Source: Vulcanimicrobiota bacterium (GTDB lineage: Bacteria; Vulcanimicrobiota; Xenobia; Xenobiales; JADMJV01). From it: 64,000 nt of DNA. Positions within the stretch are counted from its first letter, which is position 1. Each line of letters opens with the position of its first letter. The DNA is taken from the NCBI GenBank assembly GCA_050250895.1, contig JBFWNU010000004.1, forward strand, positions 64,001 to 128,000. The letters are read 5' to 3'. A program made the translations under genes and the position numbers. The notes beneath the pieces were generated by a model. It had not been told where the DNA came from. It made no database searches and saw only the letters and a list, made by a program, of their open reading frames with translations. Positions 48,199 to 57,734 of the stretch are shown in pieces.

Positions 48199-48437
48199 CC
48201 GCCTCGGCGATCTCATCAGCTGTGTCAAAATCGCCTGCAATAACACCATTGACTCGAAGTGTCCAAAAAGCGCCGAGGCCTCTAGGCACGATAATCTCAA
48301 CACCCGGTTCTGCGAAATCCACCGACCAGCCGTCTCTGTGGGCGGAAAATCCTTCCTCACGAACCCTTAGCACAAGCGCCGTGAGTTGTCGGCAAGCTCG
48401 CTTGGAGATGGCCGCAGCCCGATGGTAGCATCGGTGT

Positions 48438-48824
48438 ATGACCAAGCAAGCGACGACGGAACTTCACCAATTGAGCAGAGAGCTCCGTCGGTGGCGCGAG
48501 CAGCACAGCGCCCCGACGCCGATCCCAGATCGAATCTGGGAGAGAGCGGCTCAACTCGCCCGTGAAAACGGCGTTGGCCCGATCTCGAAGAGCTTGCATC
48601 TCGACCACGCGAAGCTCAAGCGCCTCACTGGCAAAGTCACGCCGGACGGGCCGGTGGCCACCTTCATTGAGGTTCAGTCCTGGCTGGGATGTTCACTTCC
48701 GTCCGCCGCCGGCCTCTGCTGTCGCGTCGAGGTCCAAGGGTCGGGGGGAGCGGTCATGCGGGCTGAGCTTGAAAACGCTTCCGCTGCAGACCTGGCCACC
48801 ATCTTCCGCGGCTTTGCCGGGTAG
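48438..48824 (+). CDS. IS66 accessory protein TnpA-like
   Basis: WR...PIPDRIWERA HTH-like pattern; first ORF inside the IS66 ends. Confidence 0.75.
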   Translation: MTKQATTELHQLSRELRRWREQHSAPTPIPDRIWERAAQLARENGVGPISKSLHLDHAKLKRLTGKVTPDGPVATFIEVQSWLGCSLPSAAGLCCRVEVQGSGGAVMRAELENASAADLATIFRGFAG

Positions 48825-48829
48825 CTTGG

Positions 48830-49204
48830 ATGCTTCAAATCACGCCCCAAATGCGTGTCCTGGTCGCCGTGGAAGCGGTTGATGGGCGAAAGGGCATCGA
48901 CTCGCTCGCCCGATTGTGCCGAGAGAAGCTCGAGGAGGACCCATTTTCCGGGACGGTCTTTCTCTTCCTCAACCGGAGCCGTACGACCTTGAAGGCGCTC
49001 GTTTACGACCAGCAGGGATTTTGGTTGGCCAGCAAGCGCCTCTCCCGAGGGACCTTTCGATACTGGCCAACCGGTGATTCCGCCGGCAAGCCCCTCGAGG
49101 CTCATCAGGTGCAGATGCTCTTTGCCGGCGGCGATCCTGAGGCCAGGTCGGCGCCGTTCTGGCGGCCAATCTCGAAGGTTGGAATGTCTTCCGCCGCCTC
49201 CTAA
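48830..49204 (+). CDS. tnpB: IS66 accessory protein TnpB
   Basis: VDGRKGIDSL, DPFSG.VFLF.NR, YDQQGFWL..KRL..G.F.YWP. Confidence 0.92.
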   Translation: MLQITPQMRVLVAVEAVDGRKGIDSLARLCREKLEEDPFSGTVFLFLNRSRTTLKALVYDQQGFWLASKRLSRGTFRYWPTGDSAGKPLEAHQVQMLFAGGDPEARSAPFWRPISKVGMSSAAS

Positions 49205-49298
49205 TTCCCTTCGAGTTCTTGCATGGATCTGACCGCCACCGGAGAAGTGCCTTGCAACGGAGGTTGGTCAGCTGAGTAAGCGCGCAAAGAAAGAGGTC

Positions 49299-50836
49299 GT
49301 GGAAGTGGATGTCGCCGAGTTGGATGCGATCATCGACGCCGCCGCGTCCGGCCCTCTCGACGAAGAGCAGCGCCAGACTCTCAGGAGCGCTCTCCATCTG
49401 CTCCTCGCCAAGCTTGAGCCGAAGGGGCGCACGTCCGAAAGATTGGAAGAGCTCATCAAGAAGCTCATGCCTCAGGACAAGCCCGACTCCGACGACAAGT
49501 CGACTGGCCAGGAGAAGCCGGGGCACGGTCGCAACCCATCCTCGGCCTATTGGGGCGCTCAGAGGTTCGTAATCACCCACGGCACACTCCAGGCTGGCTC
49601 GCATTGCCCCGACTGCGCCACGGGCAAGGTCTATCCGACCAAAACTCCTAAGACGCTTCTCAGCATCGTGGCGGCTCCGCCGGTGCAGGCCAAGGCCTAC
49701 GATTTGGAAAGATTGCGCTGCAACCTCTGCGGTGAGACTTTCGTGGCCGAAGCGCCCGAGGGTGTCGGGGACAAGAAATACGACGCCACGGTGCCGGCCA
49801 TGCTGGCCGTCCTCACTTACGGCAGCGGCTTCCCGCGCAATCGCTTGACGACCCTCCAGGGGCAGCTGGGCGTGCCGATGCCCCAGTCGACTCAGTGGGA
49901 CCTTCTCGATGAAGCGGCCGACCAGCTCGAGCCCCTTTACCGCGAGGTGGTCGAGCACGCGGCCCAGGGCGACGTTCTCCATAGCGACGACACGAGCCGC
50001 AAAGTGCTAAAACTCGAGCGGCCGCCAGAGGACGCCAGGACGGGGGTCTTCACCAGCGGAATTGTCTCGACGGCAAACGGTCACGGGCCCCGGATCGCGC
50101 TGTTCTTCACCGGTCGCCAACACGCCGGCGAGAACCTCCGAGACATCCTTCTTCGGCGCGCTCAGGAACTGGCCCAGCCATTGCACATGTGCGACGCACT
50201 TTCAAGAAACACGCCCAAGAAAGACGGCGTGGCCATGGATGTGGCCGCGGCGAACTGTCTTGCCCATGGTCGACGCTACTTCGTCGAGAGCTTCGAAAGC
50301 TTTCCCGAGCAGTGCAGGCACGTCCTCGAAGAACTCGGGGTGGTCTTTCTCGTTGACCGTCTGGCCAGGCTGATGGAGCTGACGCCCGCCGAGCGACTTG
50401 CCTTCCACCAGAAGCAAAGCGGCCCGGTCATGGAGAGCCTGAAAGCCTGGCTGGGCAAGCAGTTCAAGGAGAAATTGGTGGAGCCGAACTCCGGGCTGGG
50501 CAGAGCGATCAAGTATTCCAGAAGCACTGGGAGAAACTGACGCTCTTTCTCAGGGAGCCTGGAGCCCCAGTGGACAACAATTTGTGCGAGAGGGCCCTCA
50601 AGAAGGCGGTTTTAGACCGCAAAAACAGTCTGTTCTTCAGGACCAAAAGGGGCGCCGAAGTGGGCGACCTCTTCACCAGCCTGGTGCACACCTGCGAACT
50701 GAACAAAGTGAACCCGTTCGCCTATCTGACGCTGGTGCTGCGACACTCGGACGAGGTGAAAAAGGCACCGGCCGACTGGCTTCCTTGGAATCGGCAAGAA
50801 CCTGGCCTCAGGCCGCCACAGACGCAAGAAAGCTAA
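49299..50836 (+). pseudogene. IS66 transposase TnpC with a 1-nt frameshift near 50516
   Basis: CPDC/CNLC, HSDDT and CLAHGRR motifs; ...IKY then a shifted frame KHWEKLTLFLREPGAPVDNNLCERALK. Confidence 0.88.
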
Positions 50837-51012
50837 GTCTGAGCGCGCTCACCGACAACTCACAAGCTCCAAGAGGTCTTCCTCTATCTGCGAATCGAGC
50901 ATCAATCTCACGACAGCAAGTGTGCGTGTGCGCGAAAGTCCCGCCGAACGAGATCTAGATGCAGATGTGTCCCCCACTCCGACGAAGTGTCCCCCACCGC
51001 TACACACACCTA

Positions 51013-51217
51013 TGAGCAAACGACGAGGACATCCGAAGATCTCCCTACGCTTACACCCAACGGCGCTCAAGCAGCTCCGCGCGAAGGCCGAAGACCCATT
51101 CGAGGCCAGAAGGGCGGAGGGGTCGGCGCCTACGTTCGCACGTTGATCTATTCGGATCTCGGCTTTGACTCAGGGAAACACGAAGCCATCAACGGAGACA
51201 ACACCGACGACGGCTAG
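51013..51217 (+). pseudogene. Frameshifted small RHH-like DNA-binding protein
   Basis: MSKRRGHPKISLRLHPTALKQLRAKAE, then GGVGAYVRTLIYSDLG in another frame. Confidence 0.45.
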
Positions 51218-51830
51218 ATACCCAAGAAAAGAGAGGAACCCAGCGCACACTTCGAAGTCTTCTCCCGCCTCGTCAACACGGTTTTCTCTCCCACCGGCCC
51301 GCCGCCCCTCAGCCCCAGTAAACACCCCTCTCACACCGATCTCCTCGACTACGGGGTCGACCGCGGAAACGTTTTGGCTCTTGAAATCGAAGGCTTTAAG
51401 GCTCCGACGGCCACCTGTTATGTCAGACAATTGTCGGGCGCGTAACTAACCTTAACATCGACACCGCTCGCCATGGTCCAAAACTCTACAAGCCCGCAAT
51501 GTTGTTGCCCGCGTTCGAAGTCATTCATCGCGGCGGTGATGGTCAGCGCATCTTCATCGATGATCTGCTCGAGGATTACGGGCGCATTCTCCTGGAAGCC
51601 AAAGCCGAGCAGAACAATGCCCCGGATGGCGTCCTTCCCTTCGTGCATCTTGCCTCAAAGGGGTTTTGGCATCTTCATGCCGTATCTGGGGCCATGGTCG
51701 AACCCGCAGCAAATCCGCTCGAGGAAGGCCCTCGACGCTACCATATCCTTCGCCAGTCTCGATGCGGCCCTTTGCGTCTTAAGTGGGCTACCGCGCTCCT
51801 GTCCGGTCTTTCCAGACGACCGGTTCCGAA

Positions 51831-54149
51831 CTAAACGGCAAGTGTCGCTCCGAAGTCTCCCACGCAAATCATTGGCGCCCAGAAACAGGGGTGAACAAGT
51901 TGTTCTCTAGCTGCTTGACTGGCTGCCTGGCAAGCAGCCGCGATACCCTGTCCTTGGCCGAGTGATTGGTAGAACTTCTTCATCCAGAGACCAGTGGCCA
52001 CGCCGTCGACGGGATAGACGGGAGCTACCAAGGCTCTAAAATCACCACCGTCGACAACTGTTGTGAATCCTCGAAGGTCCAGCCCCCCGTGACGCGTTGC
52101 TCCCGTGCCACACGCGGCCATCACCAAACAGGAAAACTTGCTCCGGACAATCGTCTCGTCGTTCCAACATTTGTCGTGAAACACGGGATAGTATTCGCCC
52201 TCAACTGGGCGGCCATGTGCGCGAACATGAATCCAGCCGGTCGCCATGGCCGACTCTGCCAGTTGATCAAGGCTTGCCGCTGTGCCGACAAACACCTGCG
52301 CATTCGGCCTTGCGGCCCTAATCGCGTCGATGTCGAGTTGACCGCCGCGGTTCTCATTGACATCGAGATCTGGCGCCAGGATAACGACACCGTCTGTACT
52401 GCTACGCCGCCTCCGCAATATGTCATGAATTCCCATTGATGACTGAACGAGCGAGAGTGTCCACGTTTGGTCGACCAAGACTCCACGTCTACCGAGGCCA
52501 AGCGCTGACCACGGCAGGCTGAACATCCGTGGGTCCGGCGACAAAACAACGTGTCCTACCTTAAGCTCTTCGAGCATCTCCAATATCGGTTCTGGAAAGA
52601 GCCAACGGCCAAGCGTATCGAGGTCTTCCTTGTAGCATGCGTAGTCAGCTTCAGCTGCTTCCTTGCCTTGAGCAGTTAGAGTCCCCGTATCGTCAGTCTC
52701 CAAGTACACGAGCATGTCAGAGAAACGCTCGAAAGCTTCTACGATACGCTCTACCAGCCCACGACCACGTGAGCCTTGATGGCGTCCGAGGACCGCTCCT
52801 ACGTGTCTATTCGGGCAATTCGGTTGAGTCCAGGGAGCAACAAGAATGCCGGATTCGCTATCATCCGGTTCAGCGACGCAAACGAAGACAACTAGCGAGT
52901 CTCCGGACATAGCGTAATGCTCTAGAAAGGCGACGGGATGGTCAGCCTCCTCGGCCAGCCGCATAGCAGCCCGCGGCAACGTATATGCACCGAGTTGCTC
53001 AGTCGAGTATTTAGACAAATCGAAGTCGGATGTCGATTCTCGGTAACCCTCAATTTGCTCTTTCCAGCCGTTCTCTCTGAAGACACGTTCAATGCGGCCC
53101 TTTTGCATCGCGAGCAGCGGCCACGCTCGGCCAGGGGCTTCCTGAAGAGCACACATGTGAAGCTCTGTCTCCATGTTATTGTAAAGATTCTGTGCTCTGA
53201 CCGTCAGTGAGGCACGCGATGCCTCTGGACTCGAAATCGCTCTCTCCCAGAGGGTCTCGCGAGCATGGTGGCCCATGGTTGCAAATCGGTCAGTGGCGGT
53301 CAGCCAAGCCTCATGCCCGGTCTCTAAATAGAGGCAAAGGAAACTTCGCGCCAAGTCACCAGAGATACGTTCAATCGCCGGGTAATCGTCTCGACCACAA
53401 GCTTCGTTAAGCGCGCGACCCAGTAGCATGAGCGATTCTTCGTCCTGACTGCCCTCGCCCCGGAGGTTTGCCCCCAGCATATGAAATGAGTCTGCGAGTT
53501 TCGCCCTATCTGCGGTGGGAGAGATGAGGTAATATGCCAGCGCGACCTTCCAAAGCACTTCTGCCTCAGGGCTGCCTTGCATTTTGAGGATGGTGGCCAG
53601 GTTGAAGGCAGCATTCCCGGCTTGGTGCCAATCATTCAATTCAAGAGAGCGACGCAGACTCTCGCGAAAGCCGTCCAGCACGGTCTGGTCCACGATTCCT
53701 TGCCGCATCTCGATTTCCGCGTAGGCGTGGGCGACTAGGTGGTCATAGTCGAGGCCTTTTTCTTGTGTGAACTCTCGAGCCGACTTCAACTTGTTTTTTG
53801 CAAGGGAAAATTCACCTCGACGGCACGCTAGGCTACACTCGTGGAAGCGCACGTCCGCCTCGCATCGATCCATGAATTCCTTGAGTTCCTGCTTGGCATT
53901 CTCTGGCAAGTTTCCAGGCAACGCTTGTAGGTGGCCTCGCACTGTTTCAATCAGTTTCTCGACATCGTCGAGGCTTTCGGCGCTCAGACTTCGTTGAATA
54001 GCCTGCAAGCACACTGCCAATTGTGTTAGGGCTTCGCGCAAGGTAAGGTAAACTACGTGATGGCCACCTTTGTCCACCGTGGGGTCTTCTCCCGGCCTGC
54101 TAAGATTACCTACTGACCGTCTGGGCCTGGCCTGGTCGCTTTGCTCCAT
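51831..54149 (-). CDS. TPR-repeat + CHAT (caspase-like) protease; true start probably ~54040-54080
   Basis: Helical TPR-like N-terminus; VLSPD..FSLPWSAL, IHVRAHG (His), VMAACGTG (Cys), FYQSL, HPCFWAP.ICVG. Confidence 0.85.
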   Translation of the reverse strand: MEQSDQARPRRSVGNLSRPGEDPTVDKGGHHVVYLTLREALTQLAVCLQAIQRSLSAESLDDVEKLIETVRGHLQALPGNLPENAKQELKEFMDRCEADVRFHECSLACRRGEFSLAKNKLKSAREFTQEKGLDYDHLVAHAYAEIEMRQGIVDQTVLDGFRESLRRSLELNDWHQAGNAAFNLATILKMQGSPEAEVLWKVALAYYLISPTADRAKLADSFHMLGANLRGEGSQDEESLMLLGRALNEACGRDDYPAIERISGDLARSFLCLYLETGHEAWLTATDRFATMGHHARETLWERAISSPEASRASLTVRAQNLYNNMETELHMCALQEAPGRAWPLLAMQKGRIERVFRENGWKEQIEGYRESTSDFDLSKYSTEQLGAYTLPRAAMRLAEEADHPVAFLEHYAMSGDSLVVFVCVAEPDDSESGILVAPWTQPNCPNRHVGAVLGRHQGSRGRGLVERIVEAFERFSDMLVYLETDDTGTLTAQGKEAAEADYACYKEDLDTLGRWLFPEPILEMLEELKVGHVVLSPDPRMFSLPWSALGLGRRGVLVDQTWTLSLVQSSMGIHDILRRRRSSTDGVVILAPDLDVNENRGGQLDIDAIRAARPNAQVFVGTAASLDQLAESAMATGWIHVRAHGRPVEGEYYPVFHDKCWNDETIVRSKFSCLVMAACGTGATRHGGLDLRGFTTVVDGGDFRALVAPVYPVDGVATGLWMKKFYQSLGQGQGIAAACQAASQAAREQLVHPCFWAPMICVGDFGATLAV

Positions 54150-54420
54150 CCAGGCAGATGCCGGCCACCAATCGCTCGAGGCTGACCTTGAGGGCGCGGC
54201 TCGACTGACGATGCAAGACCAGTACCAGCAACCCGAAGAGCACCAGCGAGTGCGGGTCGGGCGCGTTGGACAACTCGAGTTCGGCCACCGCCCCCAGCAA
54301 GAAAATCAAAGACCAGCACCCGGTCCGCAAGAGCCAGATCTGGCGGGCAGGGGGCTGGTCGAAGGCGAGCCCGATCAGGCTCAGGGCGAGACAGGTCGAG
54401 GTGAAGAGAAGAAGTTCCAC
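54106..54420 (-). pseudogene. N-terminal fragment of a membrane protein, FlhA/FHIPEP-like
   Basis: GGAGG RBS; TM helices; LERLVAGICLDGAKRPGQ resembles FlhA AEVAARFTLDAMPGKQ; ends at the island edge. Confidence 0.45.
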
Positions 54421-54450
54421 CCTCCCCCCTCACGCCCCAGCGGCTAGATG

Positions 54451-54975
54451 TCAACGTTTGGCCGGCTGCTGACTGAAGAGCTTGATCATTTCGCGGTTGA
54501 AATCGGGAATGTCTTCAGGCTTGCGCGAGGTGACCAGGTTGTCGTCCACCACCACACTCTTGTCTTCAAAGCGAGCCCCGGCGTTCTTGAGGTCGACGGC
54601 CACCGAGGCATAACAGGTCGCCTTCTTGCCGCGCACACCGTCAGCCGAGATCAGCAACTGCGGACCGTGACAGATGGCCGCGATCGGTTTGTTCTGCTTG
54701 ACGAAGTGGCCCACGAACTCGACCGCTCCCTTCTCGAGCCGAAGCTGCTCGGGCGAGCTTCCACCGGGAATCACCAGGGCGTCATAGTCGGACGGGTCCG
54801 TGTCGGCAATGGCTTTGTCAGACTTGAGCTGGCAGCTGCCTTTCTTGCCGCGATACGCCTCGCCGGCGGTGGGGGCCACCACATCGACTTCAAAATCGTT
54901 CTCGCGCAGACACTTCAGCGGTTGGCCCGCTTCCGAATCCTCGAACTGGTTGGTCAGAATCATTGCGACTTTCAT
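54451..54975 (-). CDS. PfpI/DJ-1 family (type 1 glutamine amidotransferase-like) protein
   Basis: FEDSE, YDALVIPGG, AAICHGPQ, VVVDDNLVTSR.P.D. Confidence 0.93.
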   Translation of the reverse strand: MKVAMILTNQFEDSEAGQPLKCLRENDFEVDVVAPTAGEAYRGKKGSCQLKSDKAIADTDPSDYDALVIPGGSSPEQLRLEKGAVEFVGHFVKQNKPIAAICHGPQLLISADGVRGKKATCYASVAVDLKNAGARFEDKSVVVDDNLVTSRKPEDIPDFNREMIKLFSQQPAKR

Positions 54976-55098
54976 AACAGTCTCCTTTCAGGGTTCACTC
55001 TCGAGCATCTCGCAGGCGCCGGTGCAGCGCAGCATCCCCTGGGCCACGGTACCCCCATCCCAAAAACCTTCTGCCATCTTGATGGCTCACACGAAATC

Positions 55099-55132
55099 CT
55101 TGACGCCTTCTTGAGATCGACCCACCCATAAT
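55099..55132 (+). promoter_or_regulatory. Putative KdpE-type direct repeat and -10 box upstream of kup
   Basis: CTTGAC(55099)/CTTGAG(55110) with an 11-bp period; CATAAT at 55127. Confidence 0.4.
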
Positions 55133-55140
55133 AGAAACCC

Positions 55141-57075
55141 ATGGAACAAACCGTTACCGCACCGGCCACTACCTGGGCCCAACCGTCGACTCACGCCGAC
55201 GACCAACCCGAGGCCGGCAACCGCCTTGCCCTTCTGATGCTGGGAGCCCTGGGCGTGGTGTATGGAGACATCGGCACCAGTCCCCTCTATGCGCTGCGCG
55301 AGTCCTTTCACGCTGGCATCCACCCGTCTCCCTCGAATGTCATGGGAGTGCTCTCGCTGATCTTCTGGTCGCTGGTGCTGGTCATCTGCGTCAAATACCT
55401 GGTCTTCATCGTCCGCGCCGACCACTACGGAGAAGGCGGCATTCTGGCTTTGTCGGCCCTGGTGGCGGGCAGCCCCGCCCGTCGCGCCCGAGGCGGCAAA
55501 CTGGTATTGACGTTGGGATTGTTCGGCACCGCGCTGCTCTATGGCGATGGAATGATCACGCCGGCCATTTCGGTGCTCAGCGCCATCGAAGGACTGGGCG
55601 AGGCCACCCCGGTCTTCGAGCCCTATGTGATTCCCTTGACGATCATCATCCTGGTGGTGCTCTTTTCGGGCCAGTCGCGCGGCACCGATTCGGTCGGGCG
55701 ACTCTTTGGTCCGGTCACGCTGGTCTGGTTCACCGCCCTGGCCAGCCTGGGCCTGTGGCACATCGCCCAGCAACCCGCCATTCTGGCCAGCCTCTGGCCC
55801 GGCCACGCCCTGACCTTTTTCCTCGACAACGGTTGGCGGGGCCTGCTGGTGTTGGGTTCGGTCTTTCTGGTGGTGACCGGCGGCGAGGCGCTCTATGCCG
55901 ACATGGGCCACTTCGGTCGAAAGCCGATCCGGCGCGCCTGGTTTGCCCTCGTCCTACCGGCCCTGCTGCTCAACTATCTGGGCCAGGGCGCTCTGGTCCT
56001 GAGTCGGCCCGAAACGGTCGCCAACCCATTCTTTCGCATGCTACCCAGGTGGGGCTACTACCCCATGGTCTTGTTGGCGGCGGCGGCCACGGTGATCGCG
56101 TCGCAGGCCCTCATCTCGGGCTGCTACTCCCTCACCATGCAGGCAGCCCAACTGGGCTACCTGCCGCGTTTGCGGGTCGACCATACGTCATCGACCGAAA
56201 AGGGCCAGGTCTACGTGGGCCTGGTCAACTGGGTGCTGATGGCCTGTTGCATCGGCCTGGTGTTGGCCTTTCGAACCTCGAGCAATCTGGCCGCCGCCTA
56301 CGGAGTGGCCGTCACAGCCACGATGGTGATCACAACCCTACTGTTCTTCTATCTAAGCCACTACGCCTGGCACTGGCCGCTGTGGAAGTCCGTCATTCTA
56401 TGCGGGATCTTCCTGGTGATCGACCTGGCCTTCTTCGGCGCCAACCTTACCAAGATTGCCCACGGCGGCTGGTTTCCGCTGCTGGTGGGAGGTCTCTTCT
56501 TCACCCTGATGCAAACCTGGAGGTCAGGGCGGCGAATGGTGGGAGCCCGCCTGGCCGCGCGTTCGATGTCGCTGCCACAATTCGTGGCCGAACTCGAGGG
56601 CAGTCCTCCCCGACGGGTCGAAGGCACGGCCGTCTTCATGAGCGGCCAGGCCAGGGTCGCACCGCCGGCCCTGCTGGCCAATTTCCGCTACAATCACGTG
56701 CTGCATGAGAGAGTGGTGCTGGTGACGGTGGTAACCTCGGACCGTCCCTGGCTGCAGCCAGGCGAGCGGGCCGAAATCGAGTCGGTGGGACCGGGAATCT
56801 ACCGAGTGACCTTGAACTTTGGATATATGGCCAAGCCCGATGTTCCGGCCGCACTCGACGGATTGATGCTAGACGACCGGCCCCTTTTAGGGCCCGAGTT
56901 GACCTATTTCCTGGGGCGAGAGACGGTGATCGCGAAGAAAGACCTGGACAGTCCTATGTCCCTCTGGCGCGAGCGGCTCTTCGCGCTACTGTCTCGCAAC
57001 GCCACCGACGCCACGGCCTTTTTCAACATCCCACCCGATCAAGTGGTCGAAATGGGCACGCAGATCGAGCTATGA
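55141..57075 (+). CDS. kup: Potassium transporter Kup
   Basis: GVVYGDIGTSPLYA, GEGG, YGDGMITPAISVLSA, TGGEALYADMGHFG, LAAAYGVAV. Confidence 0.96.
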   Translation: MEQTVTAPATTWAQPSTHADDQPEAGNRLALLMLGALGVVYGDIGTSPLYALRESFHAGIHPSPSNVMGVLSLIFWSLVLVICVKYLVFIVRADHYGEGGILALSALVAGSPARRARGGKLVLTLGLFGTALLYGDGMITPAISVLSAIEGLGEATPVFEPYVIPLTIIILVVLFSGQSRGTDSVGRLFGPVTLVWFTALASLGLWHIAQQPAILASLWPGHALTFFLDNGWRGLLVLGSVFLVVTGGEALYADMGHFGRKPIRRAWFALVLPALLLNYLGQGALVLSRPETVANPFFRMLPRWGYYPMVLLAAAATVIASQALISGCYSLTMQAAQLGYLPRLRVDHTSSTEKGQVYVGLVNWVLMACCIGLVLAFRTSSNLAAAYGVAVTATMVITTLLFFYLSHYAWHWPLWKSVILCGIFLVIDLAFFGANLTKIAHGGWFPLLVGGLFFTLMQTWRSGRRMVGARLAARSMSLPQFVAELEGSPPRRVEGTAVFMSGQARVAPPALLANFRYNHVLHERVVLVTVVTSDRPWLQPGERAEIESVGPGIYRVTLNFGYMAKPDVPAALDGLMLDDRPLLGPELTYFLGRETVIAKKDLDSPMSLWRERLFALLSRNATDATAFFNIPPDQVVEMGTQIEL

Positions 57076-57734
57076 ATACGCGCGTGCTGGTGGTCGACGA
57101 CGAGCGTTCCGTGCGCCGTTTTCTGCGCACCACCCTGACCGCCCAGGGCTATCGCGTCTTCGAGGCTACCGACGGAGCCAGTGCGCTGACAGAAGTGCGC
57201 AGCCAGCGTCCCGACCTGGTGATTCTCGACCTGGGACTGCCCGATCTCGACGGAACCGAGGTCACGCGGCAGTTGCGCGAATGGACCAGCATACCCATTC
57301 TGATCCTCTCGGTTCGAGATAGTGAAACCGAAAAGATCGAAGCCCTCGATGCCGGAGCCGACGACTATCTTACCAAGCCTTTCGGCGTGGGAGAACTGAT
57401 GGCTCGACTGCGGGCGGCCATGCGGCGCATGGCTCCCGAACAGCAGAGCTTCTCGGAGAGCGGGCTGGAGATCGACTTCGGCTTGCGGCGAGTGGCGGTG
57501 GAGGGCGTCGAGGTCAAGTTGACGCCTACCGAGTATGACCTCTTGCGCGTGCTCACGCAGGCCGCCGGCCAGGTCCTGACCCACTCGCAGTTGCTGCGCC
57601 AGGTGTGGGGACCCGTGGACGAGTCCGATGTCCACACCTTGCGAGTGAACATCAGCAACTTGCGGAAGAAGCTCGGGGGTAACTACATCCTGACCGAGCC
57701 GGGGGTGGGATACCGACTGGGCCTGGATGGCTGA
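57072..57734 (+). CDS. kdpE: KdpE-like response regulator (copy 1)
   Basis: LVVDDE, LDLGLPD, ALDAGADDYLTKPF, LTPTEY, TEPGVGY. Confidence 0.88.
   Translation: MNTRVLVVDDERSVRRFLRTTLTAQGYRVFEATDGASALTEVRSQRPDLVILDLGLPDLDGTEVTRQLREWTSIPILILSVRDSETEKIEALDAGADDYLTKPFGVGELMARLRAAMRRMAPEQQSFSESGLEIDFGLRRVAVEGVEVKLTPTEYDLLRVLTQAAGQVLTHSQLLRQVWGPVDESDVHTLRVNISNLRKKLGGNYILTEPGVGYRLGLDG

Larger units (their letters stand above)
48381..50863 (+). mobile_element. IS66 family insertion sequence
   Basis: TIRs GTGAGTTGTCGG / CCGACAACTCAC; flanks AAGCGCC / AAGCTCC; tnpA-tnpB-tnpC layout. Confidence 0.9.
46760..50902 (-). pseudogene. 86-aa hypothetical ORF split into three pieces by IS66 and IS256
   Basis: Joining 50902-50864, 48373-48199 and 46806-46760 gives a 261-nt open frame, MLDSQIEEDLLELVLRVREEGF...EIAEAVVKVLSERTLKQLAQ*. 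Confidence 0.75.
41613..54105. mobile_element. Defence/genomic island (~12.5 kb; boundaries approximate)
   Basis: Visible drop in GC3 bias, IS elements, pseudogenes, Gabija and CHAT genes; bounded by two fragments of an apparent single gene; no integrase seen. Confidence 0.6.

Noticed and set aside
50510-50540. Programmed frameshift in IS66 tnpC
   Set aside because: No slippery heptamer, and IS66 tnpC is normally one ORF; a 1-nt deletion or sequencing error is more likely.
51655-51657. Selenocysteine read-through joining two ORFs
   Set aside because: No redox motif context or clear SECIS; more likely a nonsense mutation or chance.
54081-54104. Tn3-family inverted repeat (GGGGTC...TAAG)
   Set aside because: Only 24 bp rather than 38 bp, and no matching end at the other island boundary.
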